Shown in pieces: positions 13,291 to 26,467 of a DNA stretch of 64,000 bases. Position numbers and translations under genes: made by a program. The stretch covers positions 7,564,001 to 7,628,000 of the forward strand of contig JBHGNT010000011.1 of the NCBI GenBank assembly GCA_043228905.1. Direction: 5' to 3'. The notes beneath the pieces were generated by a model that had not been told where the DNA came from, searched no databases, and saw only the letters and a list, made by a program, of their open reading frames with translations. This stretch comes from Azolla caroliniana (taxonomy: Eukaryota > Plantae > Polypodiophyta). Numbering within the stretch: position 1 is the first letter of the stretch; every line of letters starts with the position of its first letter.

Positions 13291-15945
13291 ATTGCTACGG
13301 ATAGACTATCACCCAATCTCCTTCTTCAATCTTCTGTGGTCGTAGACGGTGCTTTGTGTTGAATCGCCTTTTGTTTCGGAACCGCGCTTCTTGTTGTCGG
13401 CGTATTGCTTCCGCTATGTCTTCCGGTCTTCTCTCTAGTTATTGTATCCGAACCACTAGTAGTTCTTCCCCGCTCATCTCTTCCTTCCACGGCAACACTG
13501 TCTATGTTGCAATTGCAGTTTCCACCGGCATTACCGGTGCTTGGCCGGTCATAATTTCCGCTGGCATATAACTGGTCACGGAACTATGCGTTGTGCGATC
13601 GGCCAATAGTGTATACAGAAGCATTTGCGGCCAATTCTTCACCATTCCATCGCATGCTTTTGCAAGTGCTTTAATGATTGGACTATGTCCTCGTTCAATC
13701 TTCCCGTTGGCTTATGGATTGTATGCCATGCCATGGTTAGTGTTAACCGTACTCCATGTTTGGCGAAGAATTCTTGATCCGCTATCACTTGTCCTACGCA
13801 CTCGTACCTATAGAACACTTCTTCCAAGAGAAATTGGCATATTGCCCCATAATTCTCTTTTAACTTTTCTATATCTGCATTGCCTTTCATTGAGAACTTT
13901 TGCTCCAAATCAGATCAGATATCGTAAACCATCCGAGTCGACTTGGTTGATGACCCATCCGATCTCAGTTGGACTTGTATCAACCGTTACTATGATTGGT
14001 CAGTCATAGTTCCGTGTCTTAAGTGTTTCTACCCTCCGTAGTGTTTTCTTGAGCTTCTTCATGGCTTTGGTATGTTCCGGCCTCCATTCTATCTTCTTAC
14101 CCTTCCATAGCAAGTGATAGAGTGGTTCATCAATGTGGGCATAGTGCGGAATCCATATGTGATAAAATGCACATGCACCAAGAAATCTACTGACTTCGGA
14201 TTGTGACTTGCATATTTCTTTCATAGCTTGAATCGCATCGAGTGTTCGATGCACATCTTCTAACTTCCGTAGCACTTTCTTGCAGTCGCGAATATGGTCA
14301 ACTAGGAACTTTCAGCATCCTCGATCATCCATAGTCTCATCTTTTTCTTCCACCATACATCCTTTCATCGGAATGTCATCTAGGAACGACATTGTTATCT
14401 TTGGAATGCAGTCTCAGAGCACCTTGTTCATTGCATTCATCATATGTGGGACCGAGTTTGTCGCTCCTTGTGGTAGCGTGCAGATCCAGACTAATCCTAT
14501 CGATGTTCGCATTGTAGTGATATCTCGGCTCTCCACAACTAGTTGGAATTGGTCATACCCGGAGTGTAGGTCTCCGATGGAGTATATCGCGCATCCGGCA
14601 ATCGCTTCCACAGATTCATCCACTATCGGACCGACTTCGGAGTTCCGGATCGTGACCTTGTTCACCGGTTGCAAATCTTGAATGAATCGGAGTGACCCAT
14701 TCTTCTTAGGAACCGTAAACCATCGATTTGAGTACGGAGCGTTTGATGGCTCTAGAATCCCTATCGCCACCTTCTCCTTGAGCAAGTCAATGTTTTTTCG
14801 AATATGCGCCCGTGGCACCGAAATCGGCTTCAGGTTCCACGACACATGATCAATTGAGAAGATCACCATCAGTTCTACTATCTTCAGATCAACGCACCCT
14901 ATCTCTCTTGATGTGAATGCGAATGCTTTTCTATGTTGCTCCAGCATCTCACGAAATCGTTCTTCTTCGTTCTGTAAGAGGAACCCACCTCCACCAATCC
15001 AAAGTTTTTTCCGGGTCTCATTCGTGAAGGCATGTACAATATCCATGGACCTCTGAAGCGTCGGATCTCTCAAGACTTCTTTCCTCTTTTGTTCGCTATT
15101 GGCGGGTAGCGGTCCTGCGGACGGTTTCACCTTCTTTTCCATGGTCTTATATTTTGTACATACCATTGCTTCTTCTTTGTGGAGCGCATCCGGCCCCATT
15201 TTTGCAATGATCTCGTACATCTCGAATGATTCCACTGGGACTACCTAGTCTCCTTGGCTATTCTCTTCCGCAAGCTCTTCAAGCCATTGTAGCGTGCTCC
15301 CATAGAACACTTCTTCGACTACTCCCACAATTTCTTCGTCTTCTTTTATGATTGATTCAGACCGTAACCTATCTTGCACCTTTTAGAATTCTTTCTTCAT
15401 TACTCCGGTTATGGCCATGCATGTAGATCCCCCATCCGGACCGATTTGTACTTGTTTTGCTTCGACAGTTTTCTTCCTGTGTGGGGTATCAGGGCTTCTC
15501 GGACTATCACTTCCCCACTCCGCAATAGTCTACTTAAAAAATCTATTTTTGTTTGGGACAAGATCTCTCTCTTGTTCCTTTCGTGATTCGATGGCACAAT
15601 TAGGAATTGGACGTTTTTCCCTCCGGTTTGGCTCCAAATTCGTGCAAAAGCCGCTCCACTATCGAGCACCTTTGTCTCCATCCGTGAAGTTGTGATAAAG
15701 GGTTGACCGAGGATCACGTAATGTGAGACCTCATCTTGAACGAAGAGATTTTGGTCAATCTCCACATCTACGATCTTCACCGTCACATGCGGACAAGCCG
15801 CAAATAGATATTCCATGGCTTTTGTGGTTGCCCGGATCTTCCATCCATGGTTGGTGTTTATAGGCCACTTCCCTTTCCGATAGAAATCCTTGGACATCAA
15901 ATTGATCTCTGACCCATGATCAATCAATGCTAGTAGGGGCTCTTT

Positions 15946-16525
15946 TGTTGGGATTTCGGTCCCTCCGGATGGGATGTCCGGAGATGAATGACGGCAAGCC
16001 CGGTTGCGGTTACGGAACCGGATGATGAAGACCCCGGCTACGGAGCCGGATGACGAATGTACTCGGAGAGAGATCCGGATGCGGGGACATATTGGTGAAT
16101 ATGTTTGCCAAGGGCCCTTGAGGCTATATTTGTAAATAGCCTGAAAGTCATATGTGTATAAATATGACTTAGGGCAAACAGTTTTGATGTTGTTGCTCAT
16201 TTTTCTGTTTTCCACTTAGAGGGAGTGAAGAGAGCAGTCGAGAGAGAGAGAGAGAGAGAGACGAAGAGGTCGTTGCCTCTGTGTATTACCGCCGCCTGTG
16301 GCGAAGACAGTGAGCTCAAGGTTGTTGCCTTGTAGCTTCACCACTGTACATCTCTATTTACAGTGATAGTTGGAGTTTGAGGACTCCCGTGGTTTTTCCC
16401 ATTTAGGGTTTTCCACGTAAAACATCCTGTGTACTCTTTTCTCTATTGTCTTCGTGCATTTTGTATTTCCTGTTTTCTGTGAGTTGATCCTATTCCTCGG
16501 TTGTGGCCGAGCACTGTGTTTAACA
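15946..16525 (+). repeat. 5' LTR of A (580 bp)
   Basis: TGTTGGG...TTAACA; TATAAAT near 16157; (GA)n; about 5 substitutions versus the 3' LTR. Confidence 0.95.
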
Positions 16526-16528
16526 AAC

Positions 16529-16540
16529 TGGTATCAGAGC
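16529..16540 (+). other. Primer-binding site for tRNA-iMet (element A)
   Basis: TGGTATCAGAGC, 3 nt after the LTR. Confidence 0.95.
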
Positions 16541-16556
16541 GACGGTAACACAGAAA

Positions 16557-19500
16557 ATGGAAGGCGGCGGTAGTGGGCCTCCGGGCATGATGGTGTTCAA
16601 CTCACAGAACTACGCCGACTGGAAGATAAAGATGGAAGACCTTCTCATCGTTCGAGACCTGTACGAACCGATCGACAATGCCGAGATACCCAAGGGCGTA
16701 ATAGAGTCGGAGTGGAAGCTCCTGAACCGGAAAGCCGTAGCGACGATCCGGCAATATGTCGATGTAAGTGCTCTGCAACATGTGGCGAACGATACGAACG
16801 CCTATGAGATGTGGCAGAAGCTGTCCGGACTGTATGAGAGGAAGAATGCTCTGACCCGGACCTCCCTAATGAGGAAGATAGTGAATCTTAAGTACCGGGA
16901 CGGCGAGAGCATGGTCGAACACGTCAGCACGTTCATGGGATTCGTGAACCAGCTTGCGGCGATCAATTTCCCGTTGGATGACGCAATGCAAGCCATCATG
17001 CTGATGTGTACCCTTCCGGAGAGCTGGGAGAACTTGGTAGTTACTCTCAGCACCTCCTGTAAGGAAGAGAACTTGTCTTTACTAACGGTAAAGACAAGTA
17101 TTCTAAATGAAGAAGCGCGTCGGAGAGATAAAGAACCGGCCTCCGACTCGAAGGCGCTGCTTACCGAATCGGAACGGGGAAGACAACGGAACCGGAGTCC
17201 GCAAAGACGGGAGAAGTCGGGGACACGGTCGCAGTCGAGGGGAAGACCTACATGCTTCTACTGTGGGAAGCCGGGGCACTTCCAGAAGAACTGTCGGCAT
17301 TTCCGGAAAGACAACGGAACCGACGGTACCGATTTGAAGAAGTCACCGGAGCGAAACGGTGCATACCGGGGAGCCACGGACCGGAGAGGTCCGGATCGGC
17401 GAGGGCAGGACCGGAAAGGAACGACGGCACTCGCGGCAAGTGAAGAAGAGATAATGCTCATTACCGAAGAGAGGGAGCTGAACCTTGCCGGTGAAGAGAT
17501 GACCAGGGTGGTCGATTCCGGAGCGTCGTTCCACCTGACCCCGGAGAAGAAATACTTCTCATCCTATACAGCCGGTGAGCACGGCTGTGTCCGGATGGGA
17601 AATGAAGGTACATGCCGGATTGCCGGCATAGGAGACGTGTGGCTGATGACATCAACCGGATGCAAGATGCTGCTGAAGGATGTCCGACACGTTCCGGAGG
17701 TTCGATTGAACCTGATTTCGGCCGGGAGGCTAGACGATGAAGGCTACACAGGTAGCATCCGGAACGGCGTAATGAAGTTCAGCAAAGGGAGCCTGATAGT
17801 GGCTCGGGCCCGGAAGGTCAACACACTGTACCTGATGAATTCCCGGCTATGTCCGGAGGAGCTGAACGTGGCAGCTGACACTGCCGGTGAGCTGTGGCAC
17901 AAGAGACTGTGCCACATGAGCGAGAAGGGGATGAAGAGGCTTGCCGAAGACAACCTGATACCGGTAAAGCATGTGCACCTGGAGAAGTGCACCGATTGCC
18001 TGGACGGTAAGCAGAACCAAACCTCCTTCCGCTCAAGACCACCGACGAGACGTAGCGCACCATTGGAGTTGGTGCACACTGACGTGTGTCAAGTAGAAAC
18101 GAAGTCACATGGCGGAGCCCAGTACTTCGTGACATTCATTGATGACCACAACCGGAAGCTGTGGACGGCACCGTTGAAGACAAAGGACCAAGTATTGTCC
18201 GTCTTCAAAGAACTCCACGCGAGAGTGGAAAGAGAATCCGGCAAGAAGCTGAAAGCACTACGAGCGGATAACGGAGGAGAATACCGAGGGCAATTTGAGG
18301 AGTATTGCCGTTCGATGGGAATCCGGCTCGAGTTTACTGTGCCGAAGACGCCGGAACTGAACGGGCTGGCCGAGAGGATGAACCGGACCATAATGGAGAG
18401 GGTCCGGAGTATGCTAGCACATGCGAAATTACCTAAGGGATTTTGGGCTGAGGCAATGTCGACGGCGACATACGTGATAAATAGATCACCCTCAGTACCC
18501 CTGGATGGAGACACGCCACAGAGAGTGTGGACCCGTAAGGAAGTGTCCTACCGGCATCTGAAGGTGTTCGGGTGTCTCGCATACGTGCATGTGGCAAAGG
18601 ACCGGAGAGGAAAGTTAGATCCAAAGACCCGGCCATGCATATTCCTCGGTTACGACGATGACGAGTTCGGCTACCGAGTATGGGACCCGGTCGACAAAAA
18701 GATATTCCGGAGTCGTGATATCATCTTCATGGAGGACAAGACACTCGCCGACTGGGAGTCGGAGAAGAAGATGAAGAGCTCCAAGTCGACCGGTGAGGAT
18801 CAACTGTAAACTCTACGAGGAGCAGTCCCGACCGGCAAGGGACCGGTTAGCACTCGAGGATCCGGCCGAAGACGGTGAAGAAACAGAACCGGCCGAGGAA
18901 GATGAAACTGATACCGGAACCGGCCCCGATCCCGAAATGGATTCGGATGGAAACGGAGGAGTCGGTCACCGAAGCTCCGGAACGGAGATATCCTCTAAGA
19001 GAGAGAAGGGCCCCCCGGAGATTTCCGGAACCAGAGCACGTGCTGCTAACCGACGAGGGGGAGCCGGAGAGTTTTGAAGAAGCAAAGCTTGACAACCATA
19101 GCCGCAGGTGGTTAAGTGCCATGTAGGAGGAGATGGATTCCCTGCATGAGAACCACACATATGAACTTGTGGAGTTGCCGAAAGGAAAGCGGGCACTTCG
19201 AAACAAGTGGGTGTTCAAGCTGAAACCGGGAGATGCCGGAAACCCCCCGAGATACAAAGCCAGGATCGTGGTGAAGGGGTTCCAGCAGAAGAAGGGCGTC
19301 GACTTCGACGAGATATTTGCCCCGGTAGTGAAGATGACCTCCATCCGGACGGTGCTGAGCATAGCGGCAAGCATGGACCTCGAGGTAGAACAGATGGACG
19401 TGAAGACGACATTCCTTCACGGTGACCTCGAAGAAGAGATCTACATGCAGCAACCGGAAGGATTCGAGAAGAAAGGGAAGGAGCACCTGCTATGCCGTTT

Positions 19501-20632
19501 GAAGAAGAGCCTTTACGGACTGAAGCAGGCTCCCCGGCAGTGGTACCGGAAGTTCGACTCCTTCATGACCGACGAAGGGTACCACAAAACGCAGTCCGAT
19601 CACTGCGTGTTTGTGAAGAAGTTCGAAGGAGGAGACTTTCTAATACTCCTCCTGTACGTGGACGACATGTTGATTGTCGGACGGGACCAGGTCAAGATAC
19701 GAATGCTGAAGAAAGCGCTTCACCGAACCTTCTCAATGAAGGACCTGGGTCCGGCGAGGCAAATACTAGGGATGCACATCATCCGGGACCGGAAGAAGAA
19801 GCAGTTGTGGCTGTCACAGGAGAAGTACGTGACAAAGGTGCTTCACCGGTTCAACATGTCGGAAGCAAGACCGGTCGGGTCAACCCTCCCGGCAAACTGC
19901 AAGTTGTCCAGCAAGCAAAGCCCCAAGACAAAGGCTGAGAAGGAGGACATGATGAAAGTACCATATGCCTCTGCCGTCGGAAGCTTGATGTACGCAATGG
20001 TGTGTACAAGACCGGACATAGGATATGCAGTCGGAGTGGTGAGCCGGTACATGAGCAATCCCGGCAAAGAACACTGGAACGCGGCCAAGTGGATACTCCG
20101 ATACCTGAAGGGCACGACAAACGTGTGCCTCCGATTCGGCTCCGGTAAGCCCGAACTTGACGGCTTTACCGATTCGGATATGTCGGCTAATGCAGATACC
20201 AGCCGGTCCATATCAGGGTATGTGATGACGTATGCAGGGGGAGCCGTTTCGTGGCAGTCGAGGTTGCAGAAGACGGTTGCGTTGTCAACCACGGAGGCGG
20301 AGTACATGGCGGCTGTTGAAGCCGGCAGGGAAATAATATGGATGAAGGACTTCATTAGAGAGCTCGGTATCCGGCAGGAGGAGTACCGGCTCTACTGCGA
20401 TAGTTAGAGTGCCATCCACCTTGCGAAGAACGCGGCCTACCATTCCCGGACGAAACACATCCAGCGTAGATACCACTGGATCCGGGAAAGGATAGAAGAC
20501 AAGGAGTTCGTGCTGACGAAGGTCCACACGGACGAGAACGGGTCGGATATGCTGACCAAGGTGCTCACACCCGACAAGCTGGAAGCATGCCGGAAGAGGA
20601 TCGGATTGGAGAGACATCCCATGCTGAAGTGA
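16557..20632 (+). pseudogene. gag-pol: A gag-pol polyprotein, disrupted
   Basis: CFYCGKPGHFQKNC, VDSGAS, WHKRLCH..CTDC, VHTDV/DNGGEY, LYVDDM, TDSD. Indels near 18805 and 18950; TAG at 19123 and 20405. Confidence 0.95.
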
Positions 20633-20642
20633 AGGGGGAGTT

Positions 20643-21250
20643 TGTTGGGATTTCGGTCCCTCCGGATGGGATGTCCGGAGATGAATGACGGCAAGCCCGG
20701 TTGCGGTTACGGAACCGGATGATGAAGACCCCGGCTACGGAGCCGGATGATGAAGACCCCGGCTACGGAGCCGGATGACGAATGTACCCGGAGAGAGATC
20801 CGGATGCGGGGACATATTTGTGAATATGTTTGCCAAGGGCCCTTGAGGCTATATTTGTAAATAGCCCGAAAGTCATATGTGTATAAATATGACTTAGGGC
20901 AAACAGTTTTGATGTTGTTGCTCATTTTTCTGTTTTCCACTTAGAGGGAGTGAAGAGAGCAGCCGAGAGAGAGAGAGAGAGAGAGACGAAGAGGTCGTTG
21001 CCTCTGTGTATTACCGCCGCCTGTGGCGAAGACAGTGAACTCAAGGTTGTTGCCTTGTAGCTTCACCACTGTACATCTCTATTTACAGTGATAGTTGGAG
21101 TTTGAGGACTCCCGTGGTTTTTCCCATTTAGGGTTTTCCACGTAAAACATCCTGTGTACTCTTTTCTCTATTGTCTTCGTGCATTTTGTATTTCCTGTTT
21201 TCTGTGAGTTGATCCTATTCCTCGGTTGTGGCCGAGCACTGTGTTTAACA
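20643..21250 (+). repeat. 3' LTR of A (608 bp, includes a 28-bp tandem duplication)
   Basis: Direct repeat of 15946-16525 with an extra CCGGATGATGAAGACCCCGGCTACGGAG. Confidence 0.95.
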
Positions 21251-21481
21251 TCTTTGTTGTTTCCAATTCGGACCGGAGTCTTCATAGTTGCGCGTGCCCA
21301 GTGTGGCCTTGTGTAGTGGGAGTTCGGAATTTCATCCTCGGCTTCTGTGTCGGTCATTAGAACGGTATTCGCATTCACCTTTGGAGCATTTTCCTCCATA
21401 GTTTGTCTCTTTCCTTTTACGAGATCCACAAGAAGATCGTGAAACTCCTTTGCTATTCCGAGTAATTCCCAGAGAGAAAAT

Positions 21482-24400
21482 TGAGAAGAATAGTGCGGAA
21501 TATTGCTCGGCCACAACCGAGTCTTGAATCACTTGGATGGAAATCAAACACAGAAATGGGGAGTGGGGAATGAGCACACTCACACATACAAAGATTGATA
21601 GAGGATACACAAGATGTTTATGTGGAAAACCCTAATAGGGAAAAACCACGGGAGCCCACAAACTCCGAACTATCACTATGTAGAAAAGGTACAAGGAGAG
21701 ACTTAGAGGCAACGAGCTCGAGCTCTGTATCTTCGTCAGCCGGAGGTTACAATAGAGTATCGCTCTGTATCTCTCTCTATACAACAGTTATCTCAACAAC
21801 AATATGACTACCTCTGTACACACAAAGTGTTTTCCTTAAGTCATATTTATACTTATATGAACTTAGGGCTATTTACAAATATAGCCTCAACATGCTTACT
21901 CAAAACACATTCACAAAATATGTCTTCTCTTCCGGTTCTAACCGGATCCTCTTCATTCAACACCGGATCCCATTCTGAGGGACCGATTTCCCAACAATCT
22001 CCCCCTTCACTCCGGCATGGGATGTCTCGCCAGCCCGATTCGCTTTCTGCTTTCGACTGTCATAGTAGAGTCAGTATTCCTCCTGTTGGATCCCTAGCTC
22101 TCCGATGCAGTCCTTCATCCAGATTATCTCCTTGCCAACTTCTACTACTACCATGTACTCCGCCTCCGTGGTTAACAACGCAACCGTCTTCTGCAACCTC
22201 GACTACCATGATACAGCTCCCCTTGCATAAGTCATGACATATCCGGATGTAGACCAATTGGTATCCGTATCAGCTGACATATCCAAATCCGTGAATCCGT
22301 GAAGTTGGGGATTACCAAAGCCGAACTGGAGACACATACTCACGGTGCCTTTCAGATACCGGAGTATCCACTTGACCACATTCCAGTGCTCTTTTCTGGG
22401 ATTGCTCATGAACCGGCTTACCACTCTAGCCGGGTACATACCATCACATACATCAAGCTTCCGACGGCAGAGGCATATGGTATCTTCATCATATCTGTCT
22501 TCTATGCCTTTGTCTTCGGGCTTTGCTTTTCAAACAATTTGCAATTTGGTGGAAGGGTCGGTTCGACCGGTTTTGCCTCCGACATGTTGAACCGTTGAAG
22601 CACCTTTGTCACATACTTCTCCTGTGACAACCACAACAACTTCTTTAACCGGTCCTAGATGATGTGCATTCCCAATATCTGTCTTGCTGGACCCAAGTCT
22701 TTCATTGAGAAGGTCCGGTTCAGAGCCTTCTTCAACATCCGAATCTTGCCTTGGTCTTGTCTGACGATCAACATGTCATCTACATATAGGAGGAGTATTA
22801 GGAAATCTCCTCCATCAAATTTCTTCACAAACACAGAGTGATCGTCTTGCGTTTGGGGTACCCTTGATCGGTCATGAAGGAGACAAACTTCTGGTACCAT
22901 TGCCAGGGAGCTTGCTTCAGTCAGTATAAGCTCTTCTTCAGCCTGCATACCAGGTGCTCCTTCCCTTTCTTCTCAAATCCTTCTGGTTGATGCATGTAGA
23001 TATCTTCTTCGAGGTCGCCATCTAGGAACGCCGTCTTGACGTCTAGTTGCTCTACCTCGAGGTCCATGTTTGTCTCTATTCCCCATACCATCCGGATGGA
23101 TGTCATCTTTACTACTGGGGCAAATATCTCATCGAAATCCACTCCTTTCTTCTGCTGGAACCCCTTCACCACGATCCGGGCTTTGTATCTCAGTGGGTTT
23201 CCGGAATCTCCCGGTTTCAGCTTGTACACCCACTTGTTCCGGAGTGCTCTCTTCCCTTTCGGCAGCTCCGTCAGTTCATACATGTGGTTGTCATGCAGGG
23301 AATCGATCTCATCCTGCATGGCACTCAACCACTTGTGGCTGTGGGTGTCTCTCTTTGCTTCTTCGAAGCTTTCCGGCTCCCCTTCATCGGTTAGCAACAC
23401 ATGCTCTGCATCCGGAAGTCTTCGGGGAGCTCGTCTCTCTTGGAGAGGATATCTCCATCCATGGTTTCTGACTAGTGGTTCCTCTGTTTGTTCCTCATAC
23501 GAATCCGATTCGGGATCTTGTCCAGTTCCGGTGTCTTCTTCTTCTTCTTCTTCTTCGGTCAGTCCGGTTTCTTGTCTGTATCCGGCCGGTTCATCGAGTG
23601 TCATCCGATTTTGGACTAACATCCAGTTTTCAACCGGGTATGTCATTGTGTCCTCAAGCTGGTTTTCATTGGATGATCCGGAGTTCATTACCTTCATCTC
23701 CGACTCCCAGTCGGCAATGGTTCCGTCTTCCATGAAGACTATGTCTTGACTCCGGAACACCTTCTTGTCAACCAGATCCCACACCCGGTAACCGAACTCA
23801 TTATCGCTATATCCAAGGAATATGCATGGTCGGGACGGCAATGGTTCCGTCTTCCATGAAGACTATGTCTTGACTCCGGAACACCTTCTTGTCAACCAGA
23901 TCCCACACCCGGTAACCGAACTCATTATCGCTATATCCAAGGAATATGCATGGTCGGGACTTCGGATCCGGCTTTGCTATCTTGTCCTTCGCCACATGCA
24001 CGTATGCGAGACACCCGACCACCTTCATATGCTAGTAAGATTCATCTTTACCGATCCAAACTTTCTGAGGCGAGTCTCTGTCCAAGGGGACTAAGGGTGA
24101 TCTATTTATCACATAGGTTGTCGTCGTCAGCGCCTTAGCCCAAAACGTCTTGGGAAACTTGGCATGTGCGAGCATGCTCTGGACTCTCTCCATTATGGTC
24201 CGGTTCATCCTTTTAGCTAGCCTGTTCAATTCTGGCGTCTTCAGCAGGGTAAATTTGAGTCGGATTCCCTTCGACCGACAGTACTCCTCGAACTGGCCCC
24301 AGTATTCTCCTTCGTTGTTTGCTCGAACTGCCTTCAGCTTCCGGCTGGTTTCTCTTTCCACTCTTGTGTGGAGCTCCAGTGAGATGGATAGTACCTGATC

Positions 24401-24925
24401 CTTCGTCTTCAACGGTGAGACCCACAACTTCCGACATGTAACTTCGTGTCCACTTGACACACATCGGTATGCACCAGCTCCAGTGGTGCATTCCGTCTCA
24501 TCGATGGTCTTGACCAAAAGGAGGTTCGGTTTTGCTTGCCGACGAAGCAATCAATGCAGTTCTCAAGTTTCACATTCTTCATCGGAATGAGGTTATCTTT
24601 GGCAAGCCTCTTCATCCCCTTCACACTCATGTGACACAATCTCTTGTGCCACAACTCATCAACAGTGTTGGATGCTACATTCACTTCTTCCCGACATTTC
24701 CGGGCATGCATCAAGTAAAATGTGTTGACCTTCCGGGCTCGAGCCACTATTAGGCTCCCTTTGCTGAACTTCATAACTCCGTTCTGGATGCTACCCGTGT
24801 AGCCTTCATCATCTAGCCAATCGACTGATATCAGGTTTAGTCGAACCTCTTGAACATGTCAGACATCCTTCAACAACACCTTGCATCCGGTTGATGTCGT
24901 CAACAACACATCTCCTATGCAGATA
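21482..24925 (-). mobile_element. B: older A-family Copia, 5'-truncated; 3' LTR 21482-21996
   Basis: IN/RT/RH fragments (22921-23841, 24032-24550); PPT complement CTCCCCCTTC at ~21999-22008; LTR carries the family's U5 motifs; several deletions. Confidence 0.9.
23712..23959. repeat. 124-bp direct tandem duplication inside B integrase C-terminus
   Basis: 23712-23835 is repeated at 23836-23959, apparently identical. Confidence 0.9.
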
Positions 24926-25031
24926 ATACTGTTAACATTTCTAGAATGTTCCAAAGAAATCTAGAATATACATGGATTTCCTAAGTGAAATAATACATGG
25001 AAATAACATGTTTTGTATTACAATCTATAAC

Positions 25032-25635
25032 TGTTGGGATTACGGTCCCTCCGGATGGGATGGTCAGATGTCCGGAGACGAATGACGACAAGCCCGGTGG
25101 CGGTTTCGGAACCGGATGATGAAGACCCCGGCTTCGGAGCCGGATGACGAATGTACCCGGAGAGAGATCCGGATGCGGGGACATATCTGTGAATATGTTT
25201 GCTAAGGGCCCTTGAGGCTATAGTTGTAAATAGCCCTAAAGTCATATGTGTATAAATATGGCTTAGGGCAAACAGTTTTCATGTTGCTACTCATTTTTCT
25301 GTTTTTCCACTCAAGAGGAGTGAAGAGAGAGCAGCCGTGAGAGAGATAGAGCGTGAGAGAGGAAGAGGTCGACGCCTCTGTGTAATTCCGTCGCCTGTGG
25401 CGAGGACAGCGAGCTCAAGGTCGACGCCTTGCAGCTCGCCATTGTATATTTCTCTGTGCATAGTTTTGGTTCGGAGTCTTGTACTCCCGTGGTTTTTCCC
25501 GTACAGGGTTTTCCACGTTAAATCGTGTGTCCACTTATTTATCTTTGCATTTCCCATTTTCTGCAACAACTATTCGTGTGTTTCCTTGGTTGTGGCCGAG
25601 AGGTGAAGTTTGGAAAGTGTCGATTATTTCCATCA
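25032..25635 (+). repeat. 5' LTR of A2
   Basis: TGTTGGG...TCCATCA; about 6 substitutions versus 35097-35700. Confidence 0.95.
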
Positions 25636-25822
25636 ATTTGGTATCAGAGCGAGCTGCTGCAGAAAATGGAAGGCGGCGGCAGCGGGCAGCCGGGGATGAT
25701 GGTGCTGAATGCGCAGAATTACGCCGACTGGAAGATCAAGATGGAGGATCTTCTGATTGTTCGGGACCTGTACGAACCGATTGACAGGTCGGAAATACCG
25801 AAGGGGGTACTTGAGTCGGAAT

Positions 25823-26437
25823 TGTTGGGATTACGGTCCCTTTCGGATGGGATGGTCGGATGTTGGAGATGAATGCCGACAAGCCCGGTTTCGGTTTCGG
25901 AACCGGATGATGAAGACCCCGACTTCTGAGCCGGATGATGAATGTACCCGGAGAGCGATCCGGATGCAGGGACATTTCCGTGAATATGTTTGCTATGGGC
26001 CCCTGATGCTATAGTTGTAAATAGCCCCAAAGTCATATATGTATAAATATGACTTAGGGCAAACAGTTTTACTGTTGCTAATCATTTTTCTGTTTTTCCA
26101 CTCAAGAGGAGTGAAGAGGGAGCAGCCGTGAGAGAGAGAGAGAGAGAGATAGAGCGTGAGAGAGGAAGAGGACTACGCCTCTGTGTATTTCCGCCGCCTG
26201 TGGCGAGGACAACGAGCTCAAGGTCGTCGCCTTGTAGCTCGCCATTGTGTACTTCTCTTTGTATAGTGTTGGTTTGGAGTCTCGTACTCCCGTGGTTTTT
26301 CCCATCTAGGGTTTTCCACGTTAATCCCTGTGTATACGTGTGTTTCTCTCTGTGGTTCCTATTTTCTGCTGCATTGATTCGCGATTACTCGGTTGTGGCC
26401 GAGTGGTGAAGGTAAATCGAAACGCTGATTCACAACA
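25823..26437 (+). repeat. 5' LTR of A3
   Basis: TGTTGGG...CACAACA; about 5 substitutions and one GA unit versus the 3' LTR. Confidence 0.95.
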
Positions 26438-26467
26438 AACTGGTATCAGAGCGGGTTGCTGCAGAAA

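Larger units (their letters stand above)
15946..21250 (+). mobile_element. A: full-length Ty1/Copia (Tnt1/Tork-like), TSD TCTTT
   Basis: TCTTT at 15941-15945 and 21251-21255; TG...CA LTRs; PBS, gag-PR-IN-RT-RH order and PPT GAAGGGGGAG at 20631-20640. Confidence 0.97.
13290..21481 (-). mobile_element. J2: Ty3/Gypsy of fungal-like type, decayed gag-end/PR/RT/RH/IN (13290-15945 and 21251-21481), interrupted by Copia A
   Basis: PR LIDHGSEINLM; RT WFTVPKKNGSLRFIQDLQPVN, DLHSGYDQ, LPQGATNS (14414-15235); IN FYRYECVGQVIAD (13639-13908). Confidence 0.85.

Noticed and set aside
15409-16215. 268-aa ORF that looks like a novel protease fusion gene
   Set aside because: Chance join of the antisense LTR of A with the J2 protease across the insertion site; non-ATG start.
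16240-16262. (GA)n and other microsatellites
   Set aside because: Ordinary components of the LTR R/U5 regions of several families here.
23036-23749. Long antisense ORFs over pol regions (also 29629-30264, 38330-39100, 62302-63228)
   Set aside because: Shadow frames of GC-rich coding strands; they recur only because the elements are paralogous and show no domain signal.
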